Positions 1 through 8,951 of a DNA stretch of 24,000 nt are shown in pieces. The stretch is from the NCBI RefSeq assembly GCF_000377505.1, contig NZ_KB898200.1, forward strand, positions 21,665 to 45,664, given 5' to 3'. Each line of letters begins with the position of its first letter. Positions within the stretch are counted from its first letter, which is position 1. This stretch comes from Paenibacillus massiliensis 2301065 = DSM 16942 (GTDB lineage Bacteria; Bacillota; Bacilli; Paenibacillales; Paenibacillaceae). Below the pieces are notes generated by a model. It saw nothing but the letters and a program-made list of their open reading frames with translations. It was not told the DNA's origin and did no database searches. A program made the translations under genes and the position numbers.

Positions 1-672
1 ACAGCAATAGTGCATTATATATATAGGCTTGTTGAATCAATTCGTATCGTTAATTCGAATGCAGAGAATAAAATAAGTGCATTATTATTATTTTTATCCT
101 CTGTTTGTGATAATAAAAACAATAATAAAATAGGATCTATTTTCTTATATCCATTTTTAACTATGTTTTGCAATAGACATTACAAAAGTTTAGAAGATGC
201 AGGAGTAACTGCTGAATTTTTATCTTCAGATAACGATTTACTTCGTGAGCTAGTAAATGGAAATGTTGAAAGGGCTATAGAGATTTGTTTGAATTATTCA
301 CATAAATCGGAATATAGTAACGTTATGAAAGTTTTGACTCAAATTTCATTTGATCAAAATAGAGATTCTATTAATAAGGAAGTAGAATTCTTGGCTCTAG
401 CGAGTCCTAATATAAGTGATAATGAACTAGCAGAAGTAATTATAAGAATTTTAACAGTGAGCCCTCTTAATAAAGATGCATTAATTCATAAACTAATTTT
501 GATGCATCGGCTCGGTGATTTCATTACAGCACTCGAGACTGCTGAAGTTTTAAGAGTATTCTACCCGAAGGACAACAAAGTTTTATTATTAATTGCCCAA
601 TTTTATAGTGCAATTGGATTAATTGAGCAAAGCGAAAGTCTACGAATTGTAGGCCATTCAGACCTTGAGTAA
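1..672 (+). CDS. C-terminal part of a larger protein entering from upstream; helical-repeat (TPR-like) tail, function unknown
   Basis: Frame 1 is open from nt 1, with no stop before the track's GTG at 10. The stop is TAA at 670-672. It has the same AT-rich composition and strand as the downstream sugar genes. The last ~90 aa read like paired amphipathic helices (LILMHRLGDFITALETAEVLRVFYPKDNKVLLLIAQFYSAIGLIEQ). I recognised no family-diagnostic motif. Confidence 0.55.
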   Translation, partial: TAIVHYIYRLVESIRIVNSNAENKISALLLFLSSVCDNKNNNKIGSIFLYPFLTMFCNRHYKSLEDAGVTAEFLSSDNDLLRELVNGNVERAIEICLNYSHKSEYSNVMKVLTQISFDQNRDSINKEVEFLALASPNISDNELAEVIIRILTVSPLNKDALIHKLILMHRLGDFITALETAEVLRVFYPKDNKVLLLIAQFYSAIGLIEQSESLRIVGHSDLE

Positions 673-732
673 CCACTCATCATCTTTTTCGTATAATCTG
701 AATTTTTAGAAAAGTAATAGGGGCGTGTAAAA

Positions 733-1512
733 ATGAAAGTTGTGATTCTGGCTGGGGGATATGGTACTAGAATTAGTGAGGAAAGTCATTTAAAACCAAA
801 GCCTATGATTGAGATAGGCGATAAGCCAATTCTTTGGCATATTATGAAAATCTACAGTCATTACGGATATAACGATTTTATAATTTGTCTTGGTTATAAA
901 GGTTATGTCATAAAGGAATTTTTCGCTGATTATTACCTTCATGCCTCAGATGTTACCTTTGACTTTGTAAATGAGAACCGACTAACCATCCACAATAATG
1001 TATCTGAGCCTTGGCGTGTTACGCTGGTTGATACGGGGCGTGACACTATGACTGGTGGAAGGATAAAAAGAATTCAGAAATATATAGGCCAAGAAAGATT
1101 TATGATGACTTATGGAGATGGAGTTTCTGATGTAGATATTAGCGCTCTTGAACAATACCATTCTCTGTCAGGCGGTTTAGTTACAATGACAGCAATTCAG
1201 CCTGGAGGGCGATTCGGTGTACTAGATATTGACGAAGCTACAAATCGAGTAGAAAGGTTTGCAGAGAAATCGAAAGAGGATGGTGGATGGATCAACGGAG
1301 GTTTTATGGTAATTGAGCCTGAAATATTTGATTATATTCATGACGACAAGACAGTATTTGAAAGCGAAGCTTTATCAAGAGTTGCTGAAGATGATAAGTT
1401 GGAAGCTTTCAAACACCATGGTTTTTGGCAGTGTATGGATACCCAACGTGACAAGGGAGTTTTGGAAAACCTTTGGAGAAGTGAAAAAGCGCCTTGGAAA
1501 TTATGGGATTAA
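733..1512 (+). CDS. rfbF: glucose-1-phosphate cytidylyltransferase (RfbF/DdhA type; makes CDP-glucose)
   Basis: The N-terminus MKVVILAGGYGTRISEESHLKPKPMIEIGDKPILWHIMK is the nucleotidyltransferase G-loop. The full 259-aa protein (YGDGVSDVDI, GGFMVIEPEIF, HHGFWQCMDTQRDK) matches my memory of RfbF-type enzymes. An AGGGG RBS lies ~9 nt upstream of the ATG. Confidence 0.9.
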   Translation: MKVVILAGGYGTRISEESHLKPKPMIEIGDKPILWHIMKIYSHYGYNDFIICLGYKGYVIKEFFADYYLHASDVTFDFVNENRLTIHNNVSEPWRVTLVDTGRDTMTGGRIKRIQKYIGQERFMMTYGDGVSDVDISALEQYHSLSGGLVTMTAIQPGGRFGVLDIDEATNRVERFAEKSKEDGGWINGGFMVIEPEIFDYIHDDKTVFESEALSRVAEDDKLEAFKHHGFWQCMDTQRDKGVLENLWRSEKAPWKLWD

Positions 1513-1540
1513 CTACATTGAAGTGAAATGGGGTTTTTAG

Positions 1541-2629
1541 GTGGTAATATCTAACATTACGAAAAATGATATGAGTTTTATCTATAATAATTTGTCTCAG
1601 GATGACAAAGAAAAGTTGAAGGGCAGCACGCTTCTCGTTACGGGTTATGCTGGATCACTCGGATATTCGTTACTTCACTTTTTTGTTGAATATGGTGAAG
1701 TGTTAGGTGTTAAAAAAGTGTTTGGCATTGATAATTATATGTTTGGAAAACCAGCATGGGTTAAAAGAGTTTCAGAGCATCCTTTATTTGATTTGCGCGA
1801 GTTGGATATTATTAATTGTGATCTCGAATTTGCAGAGAGTGCTGATATTATTTTTCATATGGCTTCACTAGCCTCTCCTGTTTATTATCGACTACATCCG
1901 ATAGAGACAATTGATGCGGATGTAACTGGGGTAAGACGTCTATTAGAATTTTATAAAACCAAAAAAATAAAAGGTTTTTTATTTTATTCTAGTAGTGAGA
2001 TTTATGGGGACCCCCATCTTTCTCAAATTCCAACTCCAGAAGAATATTGGGGGAATGTTAATCCTTGTGGACCTAGAGCCTGTTATGATGAATCAAAACG
2101 TTTTGGCGAAACACTCTGTTATAATTTTTCAAGACAGTTTGGTATGCCAACAACAATCGTACGTCCTTTTAATAATTATGGACCTGGGATGAGAATTAAT
2201 GATCAACGGGTTGTAGCTGATTTTGCTCAAGCTATAGTAAATAATGAGGATATTGTTATTTACTCGGATGGTACTCCAACACGAACCTTTGACTATATCC
2301 CTGATGCTACAGTCGGTTATATAAAGTGTGCATTGTATGGGAAGTTTGACATATTTAATATTGGATCTGATGGTCCAGAAATTAGTGTGAGACAGCTAGC
2401 TGAAATGTACCGTAATATTGGTTTTGAAATTAATCAGTATTCTGGAAATATATCATTTAAAGTTCATAATGATGAGGAATATCTTGTTGATAATCCTAAT
2501 AGACGTTGTCCCAATATAAATAAAGCAAAACATATACTTGGTTATAATCCTCAAATTCATATTGAGGAGGGAATAAAAAGATATCTTAATTATTTGGTGA
2601 ATTGCGACCGAGAGGAGTATTTCTGGTGA
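1541..2629 (+). CDS. extended SDR NAD-dependent epimerase/dehydratase, UDP-glucuronate decarboxylase (UXS/ArnA-C)-like
   Basis: It has a GxxGxxG Rossmann loop ([11 protein letters not shown]). The block [38 protein letters not shown] closely parallels the UXS signature [30 protein letters not shown], which includes the YxxxK catalytic pair. The GTG start at 1541 is the first start after the in-frame TAG; an ATG at 1571 is an alternative. Confidence 0.8.
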   Translation: [362 protein letters not shown]

Positions 2630-3753
2630 ATGATTTTTCGATCGATATGTTGACAAACCAAGAAAATAAAGCCGATATTTTTTTGAAAATATGTTCTGAG
2701 GCTTTAGAAAAAGAAAAAAAACCGATAATTTTGTTGGGATCAGGGATAATTGGTGAGTTTTATTTGAGTTATATTAAAGAAATTGAAATGGATGTAGAAA
2801 TATTATTTTGCGATAATGACCCTATTAAATGGGGAACATATATAAATGGGATTCTTGTAATTAGCTTTGAAGAATTGATCCAAAGATATAGGGACTCTTA
2901 TTTTATCATTTCATCATTTAATTACTATGATGAGTTAAATACTCAATTATCAAATTATGCTTTGGAACCACTTGTGAAATTGAAGAAAAACGAGATTTTT
3001 GTCGATGATTATGATTTTTATTTCAAATTTAAAAACTATAAAAAAGTAATTGAAAATAATTTACTTAAATTTAAACAAGTTTATGATCTTCTTGAGGATG
3101 AAGAATCAAGAAGGATATTTATCGATAGAATAAACTATTGTATTTCTTTAAACAGCAATTTTTTGGCTCCCCTAAGAAGTCAATCACCTCAGTATTTTGA
3201 GGAGGGGATAATTTCATTGAATGATGATGAAATTTTCATTGATGGTGGAGGATGCATCGGAGAAACAGTTAAAGAGTTTGTAGACCAAACTGGGGGTCAG
3301 TATAGAAAGATTTATTCTCTGGAGCCCGAGACTGTTAAACATAAGGAATACTCAAAAAGAGTATTCATGGATGAGAAAATAGAAATTGTGCCTATGGGTC
3401 TATGGAATAAACGTTCGAAACTTAAGTTTGTTGGCAGGAATAGTGGCACCAGTTCTATTTCTCCAAACGGCAACATGGAGGTGGATGTAATATCCATAGA
3501 TGAATTGCTGCATGGTTCAGAAGCTACTTTTATCAAAATGGACATTGAAGGTTCAGAGATGAAAGCACTGATTGGAGCTCAAAATACTATTGAAACTTAT
3601 AGGCCAAAGTTAGGAATATGTATTTATCATGAACCATTAGATATTGTTGACATACCTTTGTACATTAAAGGGCTTGTCCCAGAGTATAAAATCTATATGA
3701 GGCACTATAATTATGGTTCATCTGAAACAGTTTGCTATGCAATAAGTATCTGA
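2626..3753 (+). CDS. FkbM-family SAM-dependent methyltransferase with an N-terminal Rossmann-like module
   Basis: The C-terminal half carries FkbM-type motifs (IFIDGGGCIGETV, ATFIKMDIEGSEMKALIGA, ICIYH). I chose the GTG at 2626 over the track's 2602 because GAGGAG lies 9 nt upstream and GTGA overlaps the upstream stop. Confidence 0.8.
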   Translation: MNDFSIDMLTNQENKADIFLKICSEALEKEKKPIILLGSGIIGEFYLSYIKEIEMDVEILFCDNDPIKWGTYINGILVISFEELIQRYRDSYFIISSFNYYDELNTQLSNYALEPLVKLKKNEIFVDDYDFYFKFKNYKKVIENNLLKFKQVYDLLEDEESRRIFIDRINYCISLNSNFLAPLRSQSPQYFEEGIISLNDDEIFIDGGGCIGETVKEFVDQTGGQYRKIYSLEPETVKHKEYSKRVFMDEKIEIVPMGLWNKRSKLKFVGRNSGTSSISPNGNMEVDVISIDELLHGSEATFIKMDIEGSEMKALIGAQNTIETYRPKLGICIYHEPLDIVDIPLYIKGLVPEYKIYMRHYNYGSSETVCYAISI

Positions 3754-3801
3754 ATATTAGAAAGTTTCACCTCGTGACAAGTTTAAAAGGCGGTGGTTTG
3801 A

Positions 3802-5127
3802 GTGAGTGATGTAAGCGACAAAGCCCTTGTACTAATTGATAAAATAAAATCCAGAAAATTAACTGTGGGTATAGTTGGTTTGGGTTATGTTGGTCTTCCG
3901 TTGGCCTTGGCGTTCACAAACGCATTGATAAAAGTCATTGGATTTGATATAGACCCGTCTAAAATTAGAGCTCTAAAAAAGGGAGAAAGTTATTTTTCTC
4001 ATATTGACTCTAGTCAAATAAAAGAAGCTGTAGAAAAAGGATTATTAGACGGAACAACTGAATTTTCAAGAGTTCAGGAAACAGATATTGTCATTTTGTG
4101 TTTGCCTACCCCACTGAATAAATATAGAGAACCTGACTTATCTTATGTTACAGGCACACTAGAGTCTATATTACCTTATTTAAGAAAAAATCAGGTAATA
4201 AGTCTTGAGAGTACGACCTATCCTGGAACAACTGATGAAGAGCTTAAAACAAGATTGGAGGAAAATGGTTTTAGAATTGGCGAAGACTTTTATTTGATTT
4301 ATTCACCTGAACGAGAAGATCCAGGAAATCCTAATTTTACAACTAGAACTATTCCTAAAATAGTTGGAGGTACTACTCAAAATTGTTTGAAAGTAGGAAC
4401 TGCACTGTATGAGATTGTTGTTAGTAACGTGATACCAGTAAGTTCCACAAGGGTTGCAGAACTAACAAAACTTCTCGAAAATATTTATCGCTCTATTAAC
4501 ATAGGGCTTGTTAATGAAATGAAAATTATTGCTGATAAAATGAATATTGATATCTGGGAGGTGATAGAGGCTGCTTCGTCAAAACCTTTCGGATTTACTC
4601 CTTTTACTCCAGGACCTGGATTAGGTGGACACTGCATACCAATTGATCCATTCTATCTGACTTGGAAGGCAAAGGAATATGGGATTCATTCTAAATTTAT
4701 AGAATTGTCTGGGGAAGTAAATACTTCAATGCCTAGTTGGGTCATCAACAAGGTCTCAGATGGTCTCAATGAAAGAGAGAAATCAATTAAAAATTCTAAT
4801 ATCCTAATAGTAGGTTTGTCATACAAAAAAAATATTGATGATATTAGAGAGTCTCCCTCAGTTGAACTTATGGAAATTCTAAGAGATAAAGGTGCTAAGC
4901 TTTACTATTCTGATCCTTATATCCCTTCCTTTCCTAAAATGCGTGAGCATTTTTTTCATATGGAAAGTGTTGAGTTAACTACTGATATTTTAGAAAAAAT
5001 GGATTGTGTTTTGATTAGTACAGATCATGATCTTTTTGATTATGATTTAATTCTTAAACACAGTGACTTAATTGTAGATACAAGAGGCGTTTATAGAGGT
5101 GAAAAGGAAAACGTTATACGAGCATAA
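3802..5127 (+). CDS. nucleotide-sugar dehydrogenase, UDP-N-acetyl-hexosamine 6-dehydrogenase type (WbpA/WecC/TviB-like)
   Basis: It has the N-terminal NAD loop VGIVGLGYVGLPLALAF and the catalytic-Cys motif GLGGHCIPIDPFYL. The 441-aa length and the IVGLSYKKNIDDIRESP C-terminal domain are typical of this subfamily. The substrate assignment is inference. Confidence 0.85.
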   Translation: MSDVSDKALVLIDKIKSRKLTVGIVGLGYVGLPLALAFTNALIKVIGFDIDPSKIRALKKGESYFSHIDSSQIKEAVEKGLLDGTTEFSRVQETDIVILCLPTPLNKYREPDLSYVTGTLESILPYLRKNQVISLESTTYPGTTDEELKTRLEENGFRIGEDFYLIYSPEREDPGNPNFTTRTIPKIVGGTTQNCLKVGTALYEIVVSNVIPVSSTRVAELTKLLENIYRSINIGLVNEMKIIADKMNIDIWEVIEAASSKPFGFTPFTPGPGLGGHCIPIDPFYLTWKAKEYGIHSKFIELSGEVNTSMPSWVINKVSDGLNEREKSIKNSNILIVGLSYKKNIDDIRESPSVELMEILRDKGAKLYYSDPYIPSFPKMREHFFHMESVELTTDILEKMDCVLISTDHDLFDYDLILKHSDLIVDTRGVYRGEKENVIRA

Positions 5128-5163
5128 TCAAATCCTTCAAGATTTTGAAAGGTGCTAATTTTT

Positions 5164-6345
5164 ATGATAAGAGGAAATAAAATCAAAGCTTTATTTGTTA
5201 ATGGTTTGCCTATTGATATGGGAGGAATTGAAAAGTCAACTATGGAAATTCTACGCGAGATTAATCATGAAAAGTTGCAGCTTGATTTCGCAGTAAGAAA
5301 GCCCGATAAAGGTTGTTTTCACGATGAAATAGAAAATTATGGTGGGGAAATATACAATGTTTTTGAAAAGACTAAGCATAAGGGAAAGAAAAAATGGAAT
5401 TTAATAATGGATATATACTCCTTATTTGGGTTCTATAGAATTCTCAAACAAAAAGGCCCTTACAACGCGATTCACATTGTTCATCCTTTTCTTGATGGTT
5501 TTTTAATTATTGCCGCCATATTAGCTAAGGTTCCGGTTAGAATCGTTCATAGCCGTTATACTGGGATAGATGACAAAATTAAACCTGGTATTCTTCTTAA
5601 ATTAACTCGTAAGTTTAGAGCTTCATTATGCAAAAAATATGCTACTCATATTTGGGGATGTTCAATAGCTGCAGCCCAACATCATTTTGGTAAAACAATA
5701 ACGGATGATAAAAGGTTGGAGATACCTGAAAATCCAATAAAAGTAGTTGATTATTTGACGAAGAAATGTACTAAGGATGAAGCATGCTCCATCTTGAATA
5801 TTTCTTATGACAATATAAATTTTTTGCATGTTGGTAGGTTTACAGATTCAAAAAACCAGTTATTCCTACTCTCTTTATTCTCCCAATTATTAACGAGTGA
5901 AGGAAACATTCATTTGGTAATAGTGGGGGGAGGGGCATTGGAAGATCAATTGAAAGATCGTATACAAACTCTTGGTATTGAACGTAATGTGACTATGTTA
6001 CCAAGTGATACAAACATACAGATCGCTCTCGCAGCATCAGACTATTTTCTCTTTCCCTCATTGTATGAAGGTTTTGGTAATGTCCTAATTGAAGCACAAG
6101 CAGCTGGAGTCCCATGTATAGCATCCGATAGATGTCCAACTGAAACCAATATGGGCTTAATTGATTATCTTCCTTTAGAGCAAGGAACGGAGTTATGGGA
6201 AAAATTTATTTTGAACATTTTAAAGAATCCAAATAACAGGGAACTTATGGTCGAAAAGATTCTAAATCATGATGTAACAGTAGTTGCTCCTCGCATGGAA
6301 GGTGTATATATAAAAGGACAAAAATACTATGAAAACTACAATTGA
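5164..6345 (+). CDS. glycosyltransferase, GT-B fold (GT4/'group 1')
   Basis: The C-terminal signature FLFPSLYEGFGNVLIEAQAAGVPCIASD is the EX7E-type GT4 motif. I preferred the ATG at 5164, which follows GAAAGG; the track's GTG at 5152 is an alternative. Confidence 0.85.
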   Translation: MIRGNKIKALFVNGLPIDMGGIEKSTMEILREINHEKLQLDFAVRKPDKGCFHDEIENYGGEIYNVFEKTKHKGKKKWNLIMDIYSLFGFYRILKQKGPYNAIHIVHPFLDGFLIIAAILAKVPVRIVHSRYTGIDDKIKPGILLKLTRKFRASLCKKYATHIWGCSIAAAQHHFGKTITDDKRLEIPENPIKVVDYLTKKCTKDEACSILNISYDNINFLHVGRFTDSKNQLFLLSLFSQLLTSEGNIHLVIVGGGALEDQLKDRIQTLGIERNVTMLPSDTNIQIALAASDYFLFPSLYEGFGNVLIEAQAAGVPCIASDRCPTETNMGLIDYLPLEQGTELWEKFILNILKNPNNRELMVEKILNHDVTVVAPRMEGVYIKGQKYYENYN

Positions 6346-6364
6346 GAAGCTAGGTGAAGGGTTA

Positions 6365-7618
6365 ATGAACTATAAAATAACAGTTTTCGGCCTTGGATTC
6401 GTAGGATTAACTACGGCCCTTGCCTTTGCAGAAAAAGGTCATACAGTTCATGGTTATGATGTTAATGTACAAAGAACAGAATTACTTAATTCAGGTAAGC
6501 TCCCATTTGTAGAACCAGGCTTAGATGATGCATTATTAAGACATATAAATAATAAATTTAGTATTACCACAGATGTAATTACTTCTGTCAAAGAAAGTGA
6601 TTTTATTTTTCTGTGCGTCGGCACGCCACAAGGAGAGAATGGCGAAGCTGATTTGAAGTATATTTTCTCTGCTATAGATACTTTCTCGCCTATTTTAAAT
6701 GATAGTAAGTATAGAACAGTAGTTATTAAATCTACAATTCCACCATCGACTACTGCTGAACGAATAGTACCCTATTTTTCTTCGAAAGACCTACTCCCGG
6801 GTAAAGAATTTAGTATTGCCAATAATCCTGAGTTTCTCAGGGAAGGGAAATGTTGGGAGGATATGATGAATGCCGATCGCATTGTGTGCGGAGTGGCTGA
6901 TTCTAGAGGTGAAGAGATGCTCAAATCTCTATATCGTTCGTTTGATTCCCCTTTCTTTGGAGTTTCTTTGAATACTGGTGAATACATTAAATATTTATCC
7001 AACACCCTACTAGCTACGATGATTAGTTATGCAAATGAAATGTCTAAAGTTGCTGATGCAATTGGTGGTATTCAAATTAAAGAAGCGTTCGAGATTCTTC
7101 ATATGGATCGTCGTTGGGGGGGGGCTTCAATGGCGTCTTATGTCTACCCTGGTTGTGGTTATGGTGGATATTGTTTGCCAAAGGACACACAAGCCATGTA
7201 TGCTAAATCGCTATCGAAAGGATATGCACCTGAAATTTTAAAACATGTAATTGAAGTTAATGATACAATGCCTGAATTTATGGTAGATAGAATCATGAAG
7301 GTTGCAAAAGAAACGGACAGTATAGGAATACTTGGTTTATCCTTCAAGCCTGGTTCAGATGATGTAAGAGATAGTTCCTCAGCTAAAATTATAAAATCAT
7401 TAATGGCGTCCAATTATAAAAATATTAATGTGTTTGATCCTGTTGCTAATAAAGCATTTGCTAGTGAGTATGATCTAAGTATAAATTACTACGATACCTT
7501 AGATGAGATTTGTACCGAATCTACAGTGCTTGTTTTAGTCACCGCATGGGACGAATTTGCTGCAGTCAATAAAAAATATCCATTAAAGACATTTGTAGAC
7601 TGTAGATATTATTTGTGA
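6365..7618 (+). CDS. UDP-glucose/GDP-mannose dehydrogenase family protein (UDP-glucose 6-dehydrogenase-like)
   Basis: It has the NAD loop ITVFGLGFVGLTTALAFAEKGH, ANNPEFLREG, and the catalytic Cys in GYGGYCLPKD. I preferred the ATG at 6365 (GGTGAAGG upstream), which avoids overlap with the GT4 gene; the track start is 6329. Confidence 0.85.
   Translation: MNYKITVFGLGFVGLTTALAFAEKGHTVHGYDVNVQRTELLNSGKLPFVEPGLDDALLRHINNKFSITTDVITSVKESDFIFLCVGTPQGENGEADLKYIFSAIDTFSPILNDSKYRTVVIKSTIPPSTTAERIVPYFSSKDLLPGKEFSIANNPEFLREGKCWEDMMNADRIVCGVADSRGEEMLKSLYRSFDSPFFGVSLNTGEYIKYLSNTLLATMISYANEMSKVADAIGGIQIKEAFEILHMDRRWGGASMASYVYPGCGYGGYCLPKDTQAMYAKSLSKGYAPEILKHVIEVNDTMPEFMVDRIMKVAKETDSIGILGLSFKPGSDDVRDSSSAKIIKSLMASNYKNINVFDPVANKAFASEYDLSINYYDTLDEICTESTVLVLVTAWDEFAAVNKKYPLKTFVDCRYYL
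7116..7124 (+). repeat. G9 homopolymeric tract inside the dehydrogenase CDS
   Basis: Direct reading gives ...cgtcgtt GGGGGGGGG cttcaatgg..., translated W-G-G. It is in frame as sequenced. Confidence 0.95.
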
Positions 7619-7626
7619 GGTGTTTT

Positions 7627-8928
7627 ATGCCACTTTTGAGTATTATCATTCCAGTGTATAATGTTGAACATTATCTTGAAGATTGCCTCAAAAGCATACT
7701 TAGCCAATTATTTCAGGATTATGAGGTTATCCTAGTTAATAATGCATCAACTGATAGTAGTGGAAGTATATGTAGCAAGTATGCCGAACAATACAGTTGC
7801 ATAAGGACAGTTCATCTCGAGCGTAATGTACTACCTGCTGGAGCAAGAAATGTTGGGCTAGAGATCTCGCAAGGCGATTATGTACACTTTTGTGACAGTG
7901 ATGATTATTACACTGAAGGAAGTTTGCAATTATTGGCGGATTTACTGAATCAAAGGGGCCCATCGGTTGTAATGGGCCAATTTTTATGTGTTCCTGAAAA
8001 AGGGGCATATGTAACCTCCGATGTTGATTTAAACTCAGAAATCATAGAAAAAGGAAACTCATCAAATATATCTGAGTATCTTCTTTCTTTGCCACAGTTA
8101 TTATGCACTCCATGGAGACTGGTCGTAAAAAGGGATGTTCTTATAACTAATGATATAAAGTTTCCTGAGGGGATCCACTCAGAAGATGAGGAGTGGTTCC
8201 CAAAAGTTATCTGCTGCTCAGACACTTTTGCACATCTACCAGTTCCCTTTTACTGTTACCGTCCAAGAGCAGTTGGTTCTATCACTTCATCCAAATCATT
8301 CATAAATAGTAAGTCACACCTTGTGGTAGCATTGAATTTAATTCGTTTTTTACTGAATAAAAAATACACAGATAGAAGAAAAAAACTGATTGAATCACGA
8401 ATCACTTTTCTATTGGGGCTGTTTTCAACTCGATGTGATACCTTTACCAGGTCTGAAATTGCCGAGTTGGCAGTTATTTTGAGAGAGGAGCTAGAGCCAT
8501 TAACAGATGTTGAAGAGTCTCTTTATTCTTCACTATTCAAACTTGTGAGTCTATTTGGAGCTACTATGGGATTGCAGTTGTATAAAACTCTTGTTGAAGA
8601 AGTTACTATAGGTTTGGTATCAACCCACGAGGGCAAAGATATCTATGTTTTTCCAACGGGCTATAACGGTGAGGCAACTGCAAGAATTTTGAAAAAGCAA
8701 GGATACAGTGTGAAAGGTTTCTTAGATAATAGCGTGTCAAAAGCAGGTTCTGAGTTAAATGAACTTCCAGTAATGTTACCAAGTGTTCTTCAAGAGATAC
8801 CGGCTTCTAATCTTGAAAATACCTTTGTCATCATATCAACGCAGCAGGAAAAAATATCAAGCGCTTTAATGAATCAACTTAGAGAATTAGGCTTGAAGGA
8901 TAGTCAATTTGCTAAAAGAATTTATTAG
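7627..8928 (+). CDS. GT2 (GT-A fold) glycosyltransferase fused to a C-terminal Rossmann-like module
   Basis: It has LSIIIPVYNVEHYLEDCLKSILSQ, ILVNNASTDSS and a DxD motif (FCDSDDYY). The ATG at 7627 lies 5 nt after GAGGTG. The last ~100 aa (GKDIYVFPTGYNGEATARILKKQGYSVKGFLDNSVSKAGS) lie outside the GT2 fold. Confidence 0.85.
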   Translation: MPLLSIIIPVYNVEHYLEDCLKSILSQLFQDYEVILVNNASTDSSGSICSKYAEQYSCIRTVHLERNVLPAGARNVGLEISQGDYVHFCDSDDYYTEGSLQLLADLLNQRGPSVVMGQFLCVPEKGAYVTSDVDLNSEIIEKGNSSNISEYLLSLPQLLCTPWRLVVKRDVLITNDIKFPEGIHSEDEEWFPKVICCSDTFAHLPVPFYCYRPRAVGSITSSKSFINSKSHLVVALNLIRFLLNKKYTDRRKKLIESRITFLLGLFSTRCDTFTRSEIAELAVILREELEPLTDVEESLYSSLFKLVSLFGATMGLQLYKTLVEEVTIGLVSTHEGKDIYVFPTGYNGEATARILKKQGYSVKGFLDNSVSKAGSELNELPVMLPSVLQEIPASNLENTFVIISTQQEKISSALMNQLRELGLKDSQFAKRIY

Positions 8929-8951
8929 TGAAATTAGGGGGGGAGAGTAGG

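Noticed and set aside
692-697. TATAAT hexamer upstream of rfbF as an internal island promoter
   Set aside because: The best -35-like hexamer (TTGAGT, 665-670) is 21 nt away. TATAAT is expected by chance in ~30% G+C DNA.
1313-1540. Plus-strand 75-aa ORF overlapping the 3' end of rfbF
   Set aside because: It is out of frame within a well-supported CDS, with no RBS. AT-rich DNA yields such ORFs by chance.
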